A stretch of 64,000 bases of DNA from Terriglobia bacterium. GTDB lineage: Bacteria; Acidobacteriota; Terriglobia; UBA7540. Where the stretch lies: NCBI GenBank assembly GCA_049514395.1, contig JBEKVC010000001.1, forward strand, positions 2,195-66,194, in the 5' to 3' direction. Shown here piece after piece: positions 25,831-35,028 of this stretch. The notes under the pieces are model-generated. The model was not told the DNA's origin. It ran no database searches and worked only from the letters and a program-made list of their open reading frames with translations. Every line of letters begins with the position of its first letter. The stretch's first letter is position 1. The position numbers and the translations under genes are program-made.

Positions 25831-28014
25831 ATGAACAGACGAATCTTGCTCGGAGTGCTGGCGGTGCTGGTGCCTTTCGGCATCAACGTCAGCGCTCAGA
25901 CTTACCAATCTCGCATCGAACATCCCATCGTCCGCTACCAGATTTCAGCCCAATTCGATCCGGCCACGAAGAAGGTCGCGGGCCACTACAACCTTACTTG
26001 GTGGAACCACACTGAGGATTCTATTTCGGACCTATATTTCCACTTATATCTCAATGCGTTCAAAAACATGGATAGCACATTCCTGCGGGAGGCTTCCATC
26101 AGCAGACGCCGCAGTCTGCTGAAGGAATGGAAAGCCGAGCCGGAAGGACAAAAGTGGGGATGGGTGGACGTCAACAAACTTCAGATTGTAGGCGGCGCAG
26201 ATCTGACATCGGCGATGACGTTCGCGCACCCCGACGACGAGAATGCCGCCGATCAGAGCGTAATCCGAGTGCCGCTACCGCAGCCCGTTCCACCTCACGG
26301 CAGCATTGAGCTCTCGGTCGATTTCACTTCGAAGCTCCCGCGCGCCTTGGCACGCACGGGCTATGACGACGATTACATCCTGGTTGGACAGTGGTTCCCC
26401 AAGATCGGCGTGTACGAAGCAGCGGGCGAGCGTGGCCGCAAGCAAGGTGGCTGGAATTGCCACCAATTCCACGCCAACACCGAGTTTTTTGCGGATTACG
26501 GAGCCTGGGACGTTGAGCTGACTGTCCCCTCGAATTATATCTTGGGTGCAACGGGGTTTTTGCGCCGCCACCAAAGCAATCCTGACCGGACTACCACCTA
26601 CTACTTCCACCAGGCGGACGTTCACGATTTTGCCTGGACCGCCAGCCCGCATTTTATCAAGCTCACCCGCACCTTCGACTGGGGCCATGAAGTACGCGGC
26701 GACGAACTCGCGAGCTGGGCCCGATTCCTTGACCTGCCCGCTGACCAGGTTGCCCTCCGCGACGTGTCGGTTACGCTTTTGCTCCAGCCCGATCACCGCA
26801 GCCTTGCGGACCGCTATTTCCGCGCCGTCTTCAACGGGCTCAAATATTTCGGTTTGTGGTACGGCCAGTACCCTTACGATACGTTGACGGTGGTCGATCC
26901 CCGACGCGGCTCGAACACCGGCGGCATGGAGTATCCCACGTTCATTACATGTGGCGCCTACTTCTGGCCAGGCGAGCATTCCTTTTCCCCCGAGGGCGTC
27001 ACCGTCCATGAGTTTGGACACCAGTTTTGGTATGGCATGGTGGGGAACAATGAATTCGAGGAAGCATGGCTCGACGAAGGGTTCAACACTTACTCAACCG
27101 GCAAAGTCCTTGAAACCGCTTATGGCCAGGGATGCAGTTATCAACAGGTTTTCGGTATGCCTTTCCTAATTCACCCGTGGTTCAATGTCGAGTTGCCACA
27201 GTTCCCCTTCGCGGGGGTCGGAAACATCCCGCTGGGTACTTACTTTGGGTGTGTCGGAACCCCGGAACGCACTGGCGGTCGCCTTGGATACCTCGAGGAT
27301 GCCAAGGATGACGAACTGGTTCGGAACGGATGGCAATATCTGGACGGTAGAAGTTATGGGGTTAATTCTTACACCCGGCCGGCACTCGCGCTCCGAACCC
27401 TGGAAAGTTATTTGGGCCCGGAAATCATGGCGCGCGTCATGCGTACCTATCAACAACGCTGGCGCTATCGTCATCCGGCCACTCGGGACTTTGTCGACGT
27501 CGTGAACGAGGTCTCCGGACAAAACATGAACTGGTTTTTCGAGCAGTTCTTTTACGGCTCAAACGTTGCCGACTATGAAGTCAGTGACCTTAGAAGCGAA
27601 CCCCTCGAGGGCAAAGTCGGGGTATACGACGAAAATGGAAAGAGGAACACCTACCTCGAACAGGACGCTGCCAAGCTCGCTGAGAAAAGTAAGAGCAAAC
27701 TCTATCGGTCTACGGTCGTCGTGCGTCGTCTGGGCGAAGCCCTTGCGCCTGTGGATGTGGTGATTCGCTTCGATAATGGTGAGACCGTCGAAAGAAACTG
27801 GGACGGAAAGTATCGATGGGTGAAGTTTGTTTTCGAGAAACCCTCCAAAGTGACGTCGGCAGAAGTGGACCCTCAGCGAAAGCTGGCGCTGGAAGCGAAC
27901 TTCACCAATAACAGCCGGCTGGCCGAGCCAGACAACCGCGCCGTAGCCAAATGGTACATCCGTTGGATTTTCTGGCTTGAGAATCTGTTCTTCGCCGCAG
28001 GTTTTTTCAGTTGA
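25831..28014 (+). CDS. Secreted M1-family zinc metallopeptidase (727 aa)
   Basis: Signal peptide MNRRILLGVLAVLVPFGINVSAQ and gluzincin motif HEFGHQFWYG...NEFEEAWLDEGF (HExxH plus the downstream E). Confidence 0.9.
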   Translation: MNRRILLGVLAVLVPFGINVSAQTYQSRIEHPIVRYQISAQFDPATKKVAGHYNLTWWNHTEDSISDLYFHLYLNAFKNMDSTFLREASISRRRSLLKEWKAEPEGQKWGWVDVNKLQIVGGADLTSAMTFAHPDDENAADQSVIRVPLPQPVPPHGSIELSVDFTSKLPRALARTGYDDDYILVGQWFPKIGVYEAAGERGRKQGGWNCHQFHANTEFFADYGAWDVELTVPSNYILGATGFLRRHQSNPDRTTTYYFHQADVHDFAWTASPHFIKLTRTFDWGHEVRGDELASWARFLDLPADQVALRDVSVTLLLQPDHRSLADRYFRAVFNGLKYFGLWYGQYPYDTLTVVDPRRGSNTGGMEYPTFITCGAYFWPGEHSFSPEGVTVHEFGHQFWYGMVGNNEFEEAWLDEGFNTYSTGKVLETAYGQGCSYQQVFGMPFLIHPWFNVELPQFPFAGVGNIPLGTYFGCVGTPERTGGRLGYLEDAKDDELVRNGWQYLDGRSYGVNSYTRPALALRTLESYLGPEIMARVMRTYQQRWRYRHPATRDFVDVVNEVSGQNMNWFFEQFFYGSNVADYEVSDLRSEPLEGKVGVYDENGKRNTYLEQDAAKLAEKSKSKLYRSTVVVRRLGEALAPVDVVIRFDNGETVERNWDGKYRWVKFVFEKPSKVTSAEVDPQRKLALEANFTNNSRLAEPDNRAVAKWYIRWIFWLENLFFAAGFFS

Positions 28015-28066
28015 GGCCTGCGGCGTCGCTGAATGACTTACTGATGTGTGTGAAATGAGGATCAAG

Positions 28067-28984
28067 ATGAGTGTCGGGGCATCCGTTCGGCAGGGACTCT
28101 CCATCGCACGCCGCACCGGGTCGGCAGTCGGGATTCTGTTCCTTGCTAATCTCACCATTGCCGCGCTCGCCGGATTTCCTATCTATCGTGGTATCCAGCG
28201 TTTCACCGGGCACAGCCTTATGGGCCGGGAACTGGCGCGTGGCTTCTCAGTTGATTGGTTAACAGATTTCGCCTTCAACAATCCGGGCAGCTTCGATCGT
28301 TATGCGACGGTGATTGTTTACATGGGCTTCGTCTCGTTGGCGCTGAACTCGATTCTGGCCGGGGGCGTGTTGACTCGCTTTAAGGCGCCTGACCTGAAGT
28401 ATTCGCTCGGAGATTTCTTTCGCCACACCGGACACTACGCATGGCGTTTGCTGCGTCTCCTGGTCATCGGTCTCATTTGCTATTGGATCATCTTCAAGCT
28501 CCTGAATGAAAAATTGGGCCAGTTGGTGGATCACTGGGTGGGCAACTGGGCCGACGACCGCGCGGTTTTCTCGGCTCGCCTCGCAGTCTCATTGCTCGTG
28601 GTGCTGGGCCTGGGTTTTGTCAACTTGGTCATGGACTATGCACGCGTCCGGCTGGTGCTGGAAGAGGGTACGGGCGCGATCCAAGCCTTCCTCGCTTCGC
28701 TGGGTTTTTCTCTCGGCCGGCTTAGGAGAGCAATAGGAGTCTATGTCGTGCCTTCATGCTTCGGCTTGGCGCTCCTGGGAGTTTACCGGCTGCTGCTCCC
28801 ATGGGGATTCGTCAATTCAACCATCGCCGGCGGGCCGCACGTTCGTGAACTCCTGGCGCTGGCCAGCCTTTTTGTTGTTCAACAAGCCATTATGTTCGGC
28901 CGTTACTGGTTCCGCGTGGCCACCTGGGCCAGCGAGTGGTCCTACTACTCCAGCACAAGACAGCCGCTGGAGACTCGGGGCTAG
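28067..28984 (+). CDS. Multi-pass membrane protein of unknown function (about 305 aa)
   Basis: At least 6 hydrophobic helices. Start chosen at ATG 28067 after GAGGA. The ORF is open from GTG 28046. Confidence 0.7.
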   Translation: MSVGASVRQGLSIARRTGSAVGILFLANLTIAALAGFPIYRGIQRFTGHSLMGRELARGFSVDWLTDFAFNNPGSFDRYATVIVYMGFVSLALNSILAGGVLTRFKAPDLKYSLGDFFRHTGHYAWRLLRLLVIGLICYWIIFKLLNEKLGQLVDHWVGNWADDRAVFSARLAVSLLVVLGLGFVNLVMDYARVRLVLEEGTGAIQAFLASLGFSLGRLRRAIGVYVVPSCFGLALLGVYRLLLPWGFVNSTIAGGPHVRELLALASLFVVQQAIMFGRYWFRVATWASEWSYYSSTRQPLETRG

Positions 28985-29205
28985 GGACTAGGGGCTGGGG
29001 GCTGGGAACTAGGGGCTGGGGGCTGGGGAGCAGGGCAATTCTGAATGGTGAATTCTGAATGATGAATTGAAGAAGCGCAGCGGTCAGAGGCCCGGGGCGC
29101 GGCGCGCAAAGCAAGTTCTGCATCCCCAATTCACCATTCACTATTCACTATTCATAATTCCGCTTCCTGCTCTTCTTCTGACTCCTGACTTCTGACTCCT
29201 GTCTT
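28985..29205. repeat. Copy B (inverted) of the 10828-10981 repeat, with GGGGCTGGGG and GACTCCTGACTTCTGA word tracts
   Basis: The reverse complement of 29030-29160 aligns with 10861-10981. It lies between two convergent genes. Confidence 0.7.
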
Positions 29206-29207
29206 CC

Positions 29208-30635
29208 TCACTTGAAAATTTCCGTGAGGGGCGGTCGATCACCGAATTTCGGGTCGTCGATCCCCATCGCTTTCAAGATGGTGGGAGCGATTTCCGTCAT
29301 CCGAATCGTGTGCAGGTCCACTCCGGCCCTGATATCCGGTCCCCACGCGATGAACGATGCTTCAAGTTCTTGGCGAAAAGGCAAGTATCCGTGCGTCCCT
29401 GTCGTACTTTTTCCCTTCGCCAGCAGGTCGCCAGCCGCGCCGCTGCGGAAAGCGTAGCCCGTCGGTGCTTCCAGCGCCATCTGCGCGGCAGGCTCCGCAG
29501 CCAATTCTTTCAAAGCTGCGCGGTCGAGGACGGCCCACAGCACCCCTTGGTCACGCAGGGGTTTCAAGGCTTCGTTCACCTTGGAGCGAAGGTCCTCCGA
29601 TTCCGGCCAATAAATAAAGAATGAGCCGTCATTGGCGACAGTGGCGATTCTTCCTCCCGTAACATTCCCTTCCTCGTCTGCGGTCAACAGCCCCGCCTTC
29701 ACGAACAGCACGTTCGGCTTGATTACCGCTTCAACGGGTAGAAAACCGTGGTCGGAAACAATGAAGACATCGGTGGAATCAGCCAGCCCGGCGGCCTGGT
29801 CGGCGGCCAGCAATTCACCGATGTGACCATCAATCTTCTCCAGGGTTGCGGCGGCCTGGGGGCTGTCCGGACCGAATTGGTGCTCCTCCTCGTCCAGGTC
29901 GACCAGGTGAACCAGGAGGAGGTCCGGCTTGTGCTTCTTTAGGATGAACGTCGCCAGGCGAGTCCGCGTCACATCAAGTTCCTGCCCGGGTTGCGGCGGG
30001 CCGATTTCCAATAAAGCTTCAAACAGCAGGCCGGGCGTAGCGTACTTCGCGACGTATGTGGGATCTACCATCAGGGACTTCTGGGGGTCCCAGATTTCCG
30101 GCACGTCCCAATCAATCGGCGCGCCTGCCGCCACCGGCCAGAAAACCGCACCCGAGGTCATACGGTGCGCGCGCGCCTCATCCCAGAGCGTTGGCACTTT
30201 GATGGCATTCGCGAACCAGAACCAGTCTCCAAGGTTCTTGCCCGGCTCGCGCGACGACAAGTTGGAGTAGATACCGTGCTCCGCGGGCATCCGCCCTGTG
30301 ACGATGGTCGTATGCGAAGGGTACGTCAAGGTAGGGTAGACACCCACCACCCCTTCTGCGTAACTTCCCTCCCTCCGCAGTCTCGGCAGATTGGAAATGT
30401 GAATCTTCGCGGCAAGACGGTCATAGAGGCTGGCTCCCAGTCCGTCCACGGAAATGACCAGCACATGCCGCTCCTGCGCAGGCCTCGGGGACGGCGCCCC
30501 CTGCGCGCGAAAGCAGGGCGGAAGAATTAGCGCGACCAACCCAACCAGTCCGGCCACCATCAGAAGAAGAGCCTGTCGCATTTTCGTTCTTTGGCCGGGT
30601 TGACGTAGAATGAGTGTGGGAATTCTCATGAGCAC
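29208..30635 (-). CDS. Nucleotide pyrophosphatase/phosphodiesterase (ENPP / alkaline-phosphatase superfamily)
   Basis: VLVISVDGL, YPTLTYPSHTTIVTG, SDHGF and GTHGY metal-ligand blocks of type I phosphodiesterases. A signal-anchor follows the alternative start M19 (30581). Confidence 0.85.
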   Translation of the reverse strand: MLMRIPTLILRQPGQRTKMRQALLLMVAGLVGLVALILPPCFRAQGAPSPRPAQERHVLVISVDGLGASLYDRLAAKIHISNLPRLRREGSYAEGVVGVYPTLTYPSHTTIVTGRMPAEHGIYSNLSSREPGKNLGDWFWFANAIKVPTLWDEARAHRMTSGAVFWPVAAGAPIDWDVPEIWDPQKSLMVDPTYVAKYATPGLLFEALLEIGPPQPGQELDVTRTRLATFILKKHKPDLLLVHLVDLDEEEHQFGPDSPQAAATLEKIDGHIGELLAADQAAGLADSTDVFIVSDHGFLPVEAVIKPNVLFVKAGLLTADEEGNVTGGRIATVANDGSFFIYWPESEDLRSKVNEALKPLRDQGVLWAVLDRAALKELAAEPAAQMALEAPTGYAFRSGAAGDLLAKGKSTTGTHGYLPFRQELEASFIAWGPDIRAGVDLHTIRMTEIAPTILKAMGIDDPKFGDRPPLTEIFK

Positions 30636-31314
30636 GGTAACCTCAGTCGATGAGATTAAGGCGGGAAGTGCCTCGCATTCCTGGTCGCCAATCTATTCCG
30701 CCCTGGAAGTAATACTGGTGTACGCTGGCATTGTAACTTACATCTGGCGCTGGCGGTCCACATATCCTCACTTCTGGATGGCGCTCTTGGGCGTCGTGCT
30801 TGTCAGCCACTTTCTGCACCGCGATACGTTCCGGACTCTTGGCCTCTCATTTACCGGAATGCGGGCCAACGCTCAGGTCGTATTGCCTATCGCCCTGGCC
30901 TTTTACATTCCTCTTCTCGTATTCGGTTTAGCGCGGCATGCCCTGACGTTTGTGCCCGTGAACGGGCACGCTACTGCTTCACTGCTGGGCTACGGCATCT
31001 GGTGTGCTTTTCAGCAGTATCTCGCCCAATCTTATTTTAATAATCGCCTGATGGGAGTCGTCCGCAACCGCCACCTGAGCTCCCTCCTGGTGGGGATCAT
31101 CTTCGGCTCGGCGCACATCCCCAATCTAATCCTCATGGTCGCCACCACCGTGGCCGGCTTTGTCTTTGCCGAGGTCTTCGCGCGGCATCGAAACATCTGG
31201 CCGATTGCGCTGGCCCAGGCAGTGGGGGGATTGCTCATCGCCGCCGTCTCGCCAACCTCGCTTATCCATAACATGCGAGTGGGGCCCGGATACCTCTTCT
31301 ATGGGCTCCGCTGA
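30610..31314 (+). CDS. CPBP (CAAX protease / Abi)-like membrane protein, with catalytic residues apparently substituted
   Basis: Overall topology and the block LLVGIIFGSAHIPN resemble CPBP motif 2. The position of the EExxxR motif reads FQQYLAQSYFNNR, and the third motif reads LAQAVGG instead of HxxxN. Confidence 0.55.
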   Translation: MSVGILMSTVTSVDEIKAGSASHSWSPIYSALEVILVYAGIVTYIWRWRSTYPHFWMALLGVVLVSHFLHRDTFRTLGLSFTGMRANAQVVLPIALAFYIPLLVFGLARHALTFVPVNGHATASLLGYGIWCAFQQYLAQSYFNNRLMGVVRNRHLSSLLVGIIFGSAHIPNLILMVATTVAGFVFAEVFARHRNIWPIALAQAVGGLLIAAVSPTSLIHNMRVGPGYLFYGLR

Positions 31315-31326
31315 GGCGGCCCCCCT

Positions 31327-31444
31327 GTCATTCCGAGCGCAGCGAGGAATCTCGCTCTGCGATGAGCTGGATCGGAGCTCAAGGCGGACCAGGGGCCATC
31401 GAAGAAAGAACCACCGCGAGATTCCTCGCTGCGCTCGGAATGAC
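31327..31444. repeat. GTCATKCTGAG...GAATGAC palindromic element (copy 2)
   Basis: GTCATTCCGAGCGCAGCGAGGAATCTCGC...GCGAGATTCCTCGCTGCGCTCGGAATGAC has near-perfect 29-nt arms. Confidence 0.75.
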
Positions 31445-31574
31445 ATCCACTCAGAGGTTGTTCAGCGGCCAATCCAATGGTTCTTTCGTTACGACTCTTG
31501 AGGGATGATCGCAGAGGGCCGATTTCGCACCGTACGGCCTTCAAATTCACAACCCGCTGTGGTCTTCAGCGGCG

Positions 31575-32699
31575 CTAGGCGCTAAAGGGATTTGACCGCC
31601 TCCGGAATCGAGGCAGGTAGGGAACGTCGGCAATCTGGCCTTGAAAATCCGCCGCCCAACGCCCCGGGATGGCAGCGCCGCAGCCGGGGCAGGAACCCGT
31701 TGCGGTGAGCCGGTAATCGAGGACGTGGAAGCCGAGGCGTTCGACAAGGAGCTCGTGGCAGTTGGGGCAATAGGTGTTCTCGAGCTCCCCCGTCCGGCCG
31801 GCTAGGTTCCCGGCATAGACGAAGCGCAACCCCGCCGCCTTGCCGATCCCGGCTGCTCGCACCAGCGTTTGCGAGCTGGTACTCTCCAGCTCCGTCATCT
31901 TGTAGTCCTGGTGAAAGGCTGTGACGTGCCAGGGGATGTCTGGCGAAACGCCTACCAGGAATCCCGCCATGCGTTTCAGTTCGTCGTCCGAATCGTTGAA
32001 TCCCGGAACAATCAAGGTGACGATTTCCACCCAGAATCCCATTTCGTGCAGCTTGCGGATAGTATCCAGGATGGGCTGAATTCGCCCGCCGAGTTGGCGA
32101 TAATGCCGGTCGTCAAAACTCTTCAGGTCCACCTTGTAAAGGTCTACCCAGGGCCGCAGGTATTCCAGCACCTGCGGCGTGCCGTTGCCATTGGAAACAT
32201 ATCCCGTGCTGAGCCCCGCCGCGCGGGCTTGCTTGAAAACTGCCACCGCCCATTCGCTGGTGATGAGCGGTTCATTGTAAGTGCTCACCACGACCTTCGC
32301 CCCCTGTTGCACCGCCTCCTGGACCAGCTCTTCTGGCGTCATGGGCACGGGCGGCGAAACTGCGTTCAGGTCGCGCAAGGCCTGTGAGGTGACCCAGTTC
32401 TGGCAATAGCTACAGTGCAGATCGCAACCCAGCATCCCAAAGCTATAGGCCAGCGCGCCAGGGTAGGCGTGATAGAAAGGCTTCTTTTCGATGGGATCGC
32501 ACTGCGCGCTGGCGACATAGCCCCAGGGCACAAAGAGCTCACCGCCCTCGTTGTACCGGACCTTGCAAACTCCCGGTTGCCCATCCGGTATTCGGCAGCA
32601 ATGCCCGCACGCGTAACAGCGCACGAAGCCGCCCTCGAGCTTCTCGTAAAGCTCACCCTCGCGGACGGCTTTCTGTAACACTTCTTGCAGACTAGCCAT
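31575..32699 (-). CDS. AmmeMemoRadiSam-system-type radical SAM enzyme
   Basis: DPIEKKPFYHAYPG, radical-SAM cluster motif GCDLHCSYCQNW and a C-terminal CPNC...CPGC ribbon. Start taken at ATG 32699 (MASLQEV). The ORF is open to 32723. Confidence 0.8.
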   Translation of the reverse strand: MASLQEVLQKAVREGELYEKLEGGFVRCYACGHCCRIPDGQPGVCKVRYNEGGELFVPWGYVASAQCDPIEKKPFYHAYPGALAYSFGMLGCDLHCSYCQNWVTSQALRDLNAVSPPVPMTPEELVQEAVQQGAKVVVSTYNEPLITSEWAVAVFKQARAAGLSTGYVSNGNGTPQVLEYLRPWVDLYKVDLKSFDDRHYRQLGGRIQPILDTIRKLHEMGFWVEIVTLIVPGFNDSDDELKRMAGFLVGVSPDIPWHVTAFHQDYKMTELESTSSQTLVRAAGIGKAAGLRFVYAGNLAGRTGELENTYCPNCHELLVERLGFHVLDYRLTATGSCPGCGAAIPGRWAADFQGQIADVPYLPRFRRRSNPFSA

Positions 32700-33126
32700 G
32701 ACTGCACTCCCCGGCCCCACCAAGTCAGGCGATTGCGCCCACTACTACTATCTTACTCCACAAGGCCACCTCAATACAGGTGCTCAGTTGTCAGTCGTCA
32801 GTTGTCAGTCGTCGGTTGTCAGTGGTTGTCAGTGGTAAGTGGTCAGTGGTCGTTTGCCCTGCTTCAGCACTCAGCTATCCCGCCGCGGCGGGTCAGCTTC
32901 CGGCCTTTGAAAGAAGGTGGGTGGCGCGTATATCGTTTTGAGGCTATGAATGAATTCCGGAAGGACCTTCTCACCACAGAGACGCAGCGCGGTAGGTGGT
33001 AGGTCGGGGAAACAACGCCTGCCAGCCACTGCTTTCCGCCTGCTGCTTACTGCCCACTGCCTACTGCCAACTGCCCTTCCCAAGCCCCCAGGCCCCAGCC
33101 CCTAGCCCCTGCCTAACACCTACCGA

Positions 33127-34128
33127 CTACTGACCCAGTATCGGGGAACAACACGGCTTCTCGACTGGTTTGGGCTCCATCAATTCCGCCCGCGTGTAGT
33201 CGGGATCGTAAAGGTTCAATTGCCACTTGCCGTCCCGGCCGATCTTGGGTTGTTCGACCTTATACCCTCGGTCAACCACAGTCTTATAGGCTGCTTCAAC
33301 ACTTGGAACACCGAGTGCCAGGTGGTGCATCACACCGAGGGTTCGTGGCGTGGGATTGCGAACGTTCAGCATGTACTCGAGCCAATCGCTGCCTTCGGGG
33401 ACACGCATACAGACCCAGTCCACACGGTCGTCGCTCATGCCGCCGTACCACTGCAACTGGAAGCCGAGAATATCCTTGTAGAAGCGATCCGCGGAAGCGC
33501 GGTCAAGGACTGTGACCCCAACGTGGATGATGCGCTGTGAAATGCGAGTGCCCGGAAGGAATTTGCCAAAATTCCGGCTGTGGAGCGAGCCGGGCAAGTA
33601 TTGCACGAATTCGACGGAGTGCCCCTCCGGATCTTTTACCATGAAGCTCAGATTGCCGTCGGGCCCGGGCCTCAGCGTATTGGGCACTGTCACGCCACGT
33701 TCGGCAAGGTAGCCGCGCAGTGCTTGGGCATCCGTGGTCTCGAAAGCAATGTGCGAAAGCCTGTCTTCGGTGGGGCTGGCCAGATTGGGGAAAAGCTCGA
33801 TATATTGGTGGTCGTTCACTTTAAAATAAGTCAGCATCAGGCCGCCGGTGGGTTTATCTACGGTGAACGGTTCCTGGAATCCCAGGGTGTGTCCATAGAA
33901 TTCACGCGCCCCTGCAAGGTTGTCGGTCTTCAGCCCGATATGCGCGATCCCAACAATGGGCGGGCGACGCGTCACAGGCTTGCCGGCGCCCACAGCTCCG
34001 AACAACCCCGCAACAACGCCAAGACCAATCATAACGGGCAAGGCGCTGAGCTTTAAAGAGACGAAAAACCCGCCAAGTGACTTTCGAGCTCCGGCATCTC
34101 TTATCGTTTCAAATGCTTTCAAGGCCAT
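33127..34128 (-). CDS. Two-domain VOC (glyoxalase / bleomycin resistance / extradiol dioxygenase) family protein with an N-terminal membrane anchor
   Basis: Two repeats of the VOC pattern (IAHIGLKTDNLAGAREFYGHTLGF... and IIHVGVTVLDRASADRFYKDILGF...) follow a hydrophobic helix. Confidence 0.8.
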   Translation of the reverse strand: MALKAFETIRDAGARKSLGGFFVSLKLSALPVMIGLGVVAGLFGAVGAGKPVTRRPPIVGIAHIGLKTDNLAGAREFYGHTLGFQEPFTVDKPTGGLMLTYFKVNDHQYIELFPNLASPTEDRLSHIAFETTDAQALRGYLAERGVTVPNTLRPGPDGNLSFMVKDPEGHSVEFVQYLPGSLHSRNFGKFLPGTRISQRIIHVGVTVLDRASADRFYKDILGFQLQWYGGMSDDRVDWVCMRVPEGSDWLEYMLNVRNPTPRTLGVMHHLALGVPSVEAAYKTVVDRGYKVEQPKIGRDGKWQLNLYDPDYTRAELMEPKPVEKPCCSPILGQ

Positions 34129-34346
34129 ACCTCCGACGTGCAGCGGCTCCTCTGAAATCTGGAATCCGCCCTCTCATACCAAGGTGCATTCAAACGGACA
34201 CTGATCATATCATAAGCTTTTTGATGGGTTCCAATTCGGGTGCGTTCTCTGTTCCGCGCAGTGGCAAAAGCAAAGCGGACCCTGCCTTTTGGCGCCGCCA
34301 AGGGCTGCATTGTATCAATTTGAATGCATCTTCGTATTGATGGGAT

Positions 34347-34432
34347 GCGCAGACCTGTTCTTCAAGGTCTGCGGCTTTTCTCACCGACCGCGCCCAAGGG
34401 CCGCGGACCTTACTATAACAGGTTCGCGCTAC
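34347..34432. repeat. Roughly 85-bp repeat, copy 1 (direct partner at 35623-35705)
   Basis: GCGCAGACCTGTTCTTCAAGGTCTGCGGCTTTTCTCACCGACCGCGCCCAAGGGCCGCGGACCTTACTATAACAGGTTCGCGCTAC contains the internal hairpin GCAGACC/GGTCTGC. Confidence 0.7.
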
Positions 34433-34522
34433 TCGCTCAGTAATCACCCTGACCAATGCCCAGGCGGCCCGTGGTAGTGCCGACGTGTGTTAGAATTGGA
34501 ACTGTCGCTTGGGAGCCGAACC

Positions 34523-34804
34523 ATGCCAAAGGGAAAGCGTCAGGAAAGGGTCGCGCCGGTGGACGAAGTTCCGATTCGGTTGCGCATTGAATCGCTCGAG
34601 GAAGGCGGCTACGTGGCAACGAGCCCCGATGTGCCCGGCTTGGTCGCCGAAGGGCGCAGCGTCACGGAAGCGGTTGAGATTGCCCAGGGACTGGCGCGAA
34701 GGATCGTCGAGTCCTGCCTCGATCACGGCGACCCACTTCCTCCCGCATTCAAAAAATCACACCCAGTCCTGCGCGACTTCGTTGTGCCCGTGGGCATCAG
34801 CTAA
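34523..34804 (+). CDS. hicB: HicB-family antitoxin
   Basis: RLRIESLEEGGYVATSPDVPGLVAEGRSVTEAVEIAQGLARRIVE is the HicB N-terminal (UPF0150) pattern. GGGAG SD precedes ATG 34523. The stop overlaps the hicA ATG (TAATG). Confidence 0.8.
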   Translation: MPKGKRQERVAPVDEVPIRLRIESLEEGGYVATSPDVPGLVAEGRSVTEAVEIAQGLARRIVESCLDHGDPLPPAFKKSHPVLRDFVVPVGIS

Positions 34805-35028
34805 TGGGTCGCCTCGCTGGGTTCAAGTATCGCGAAGTGGCCCGCAAGCTGCGCGCCTTCGGGTTCACCTTTGACCGCCCCGGTCCGGGTAGTTATGAGA
34901 TCTGGCGGCACGCTGTCACGGGCCGCAAAGTTACCCTGCCCCACCATGCGCGCGATATGGCAGAGCGCACGCTTCGCGCCGTCCTGCGCGAAGCCCGCAT
35001 CGACGTTTCTGAATTCTTGAAAACATAG
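34804..35028 (+). CDS. hicA: HicA-family mRNA interferase toxin (74 aa)
   Basis: YREVARKLRAFGFTFDRPGPGSYEIWRH...VTLPHHARDMAERTLRAVLREARI is the HicA/YcfA fold pattern. The usual GSH triplet reads GSY here. Confidence 0.8.
   Translation: MGRLAGFKYREVARKLRAFGFTFDRPGPGSYEIWRHAVTGRKVTLPHHARDMAERTLRAVLREARIDVSEFLKT

Noticed and set aside
31126-31446. ORFs reading through palindromic elements (31126-31446, 31160-31501, 31299-31550, 25362-25886, 25624-25923, 37373-37606)
   Set aside because: They consist largely of repeat translations (SFRAQRGIS, HSERSEESR, VILSPSADG), which recur wherever the element occurs on either strand.
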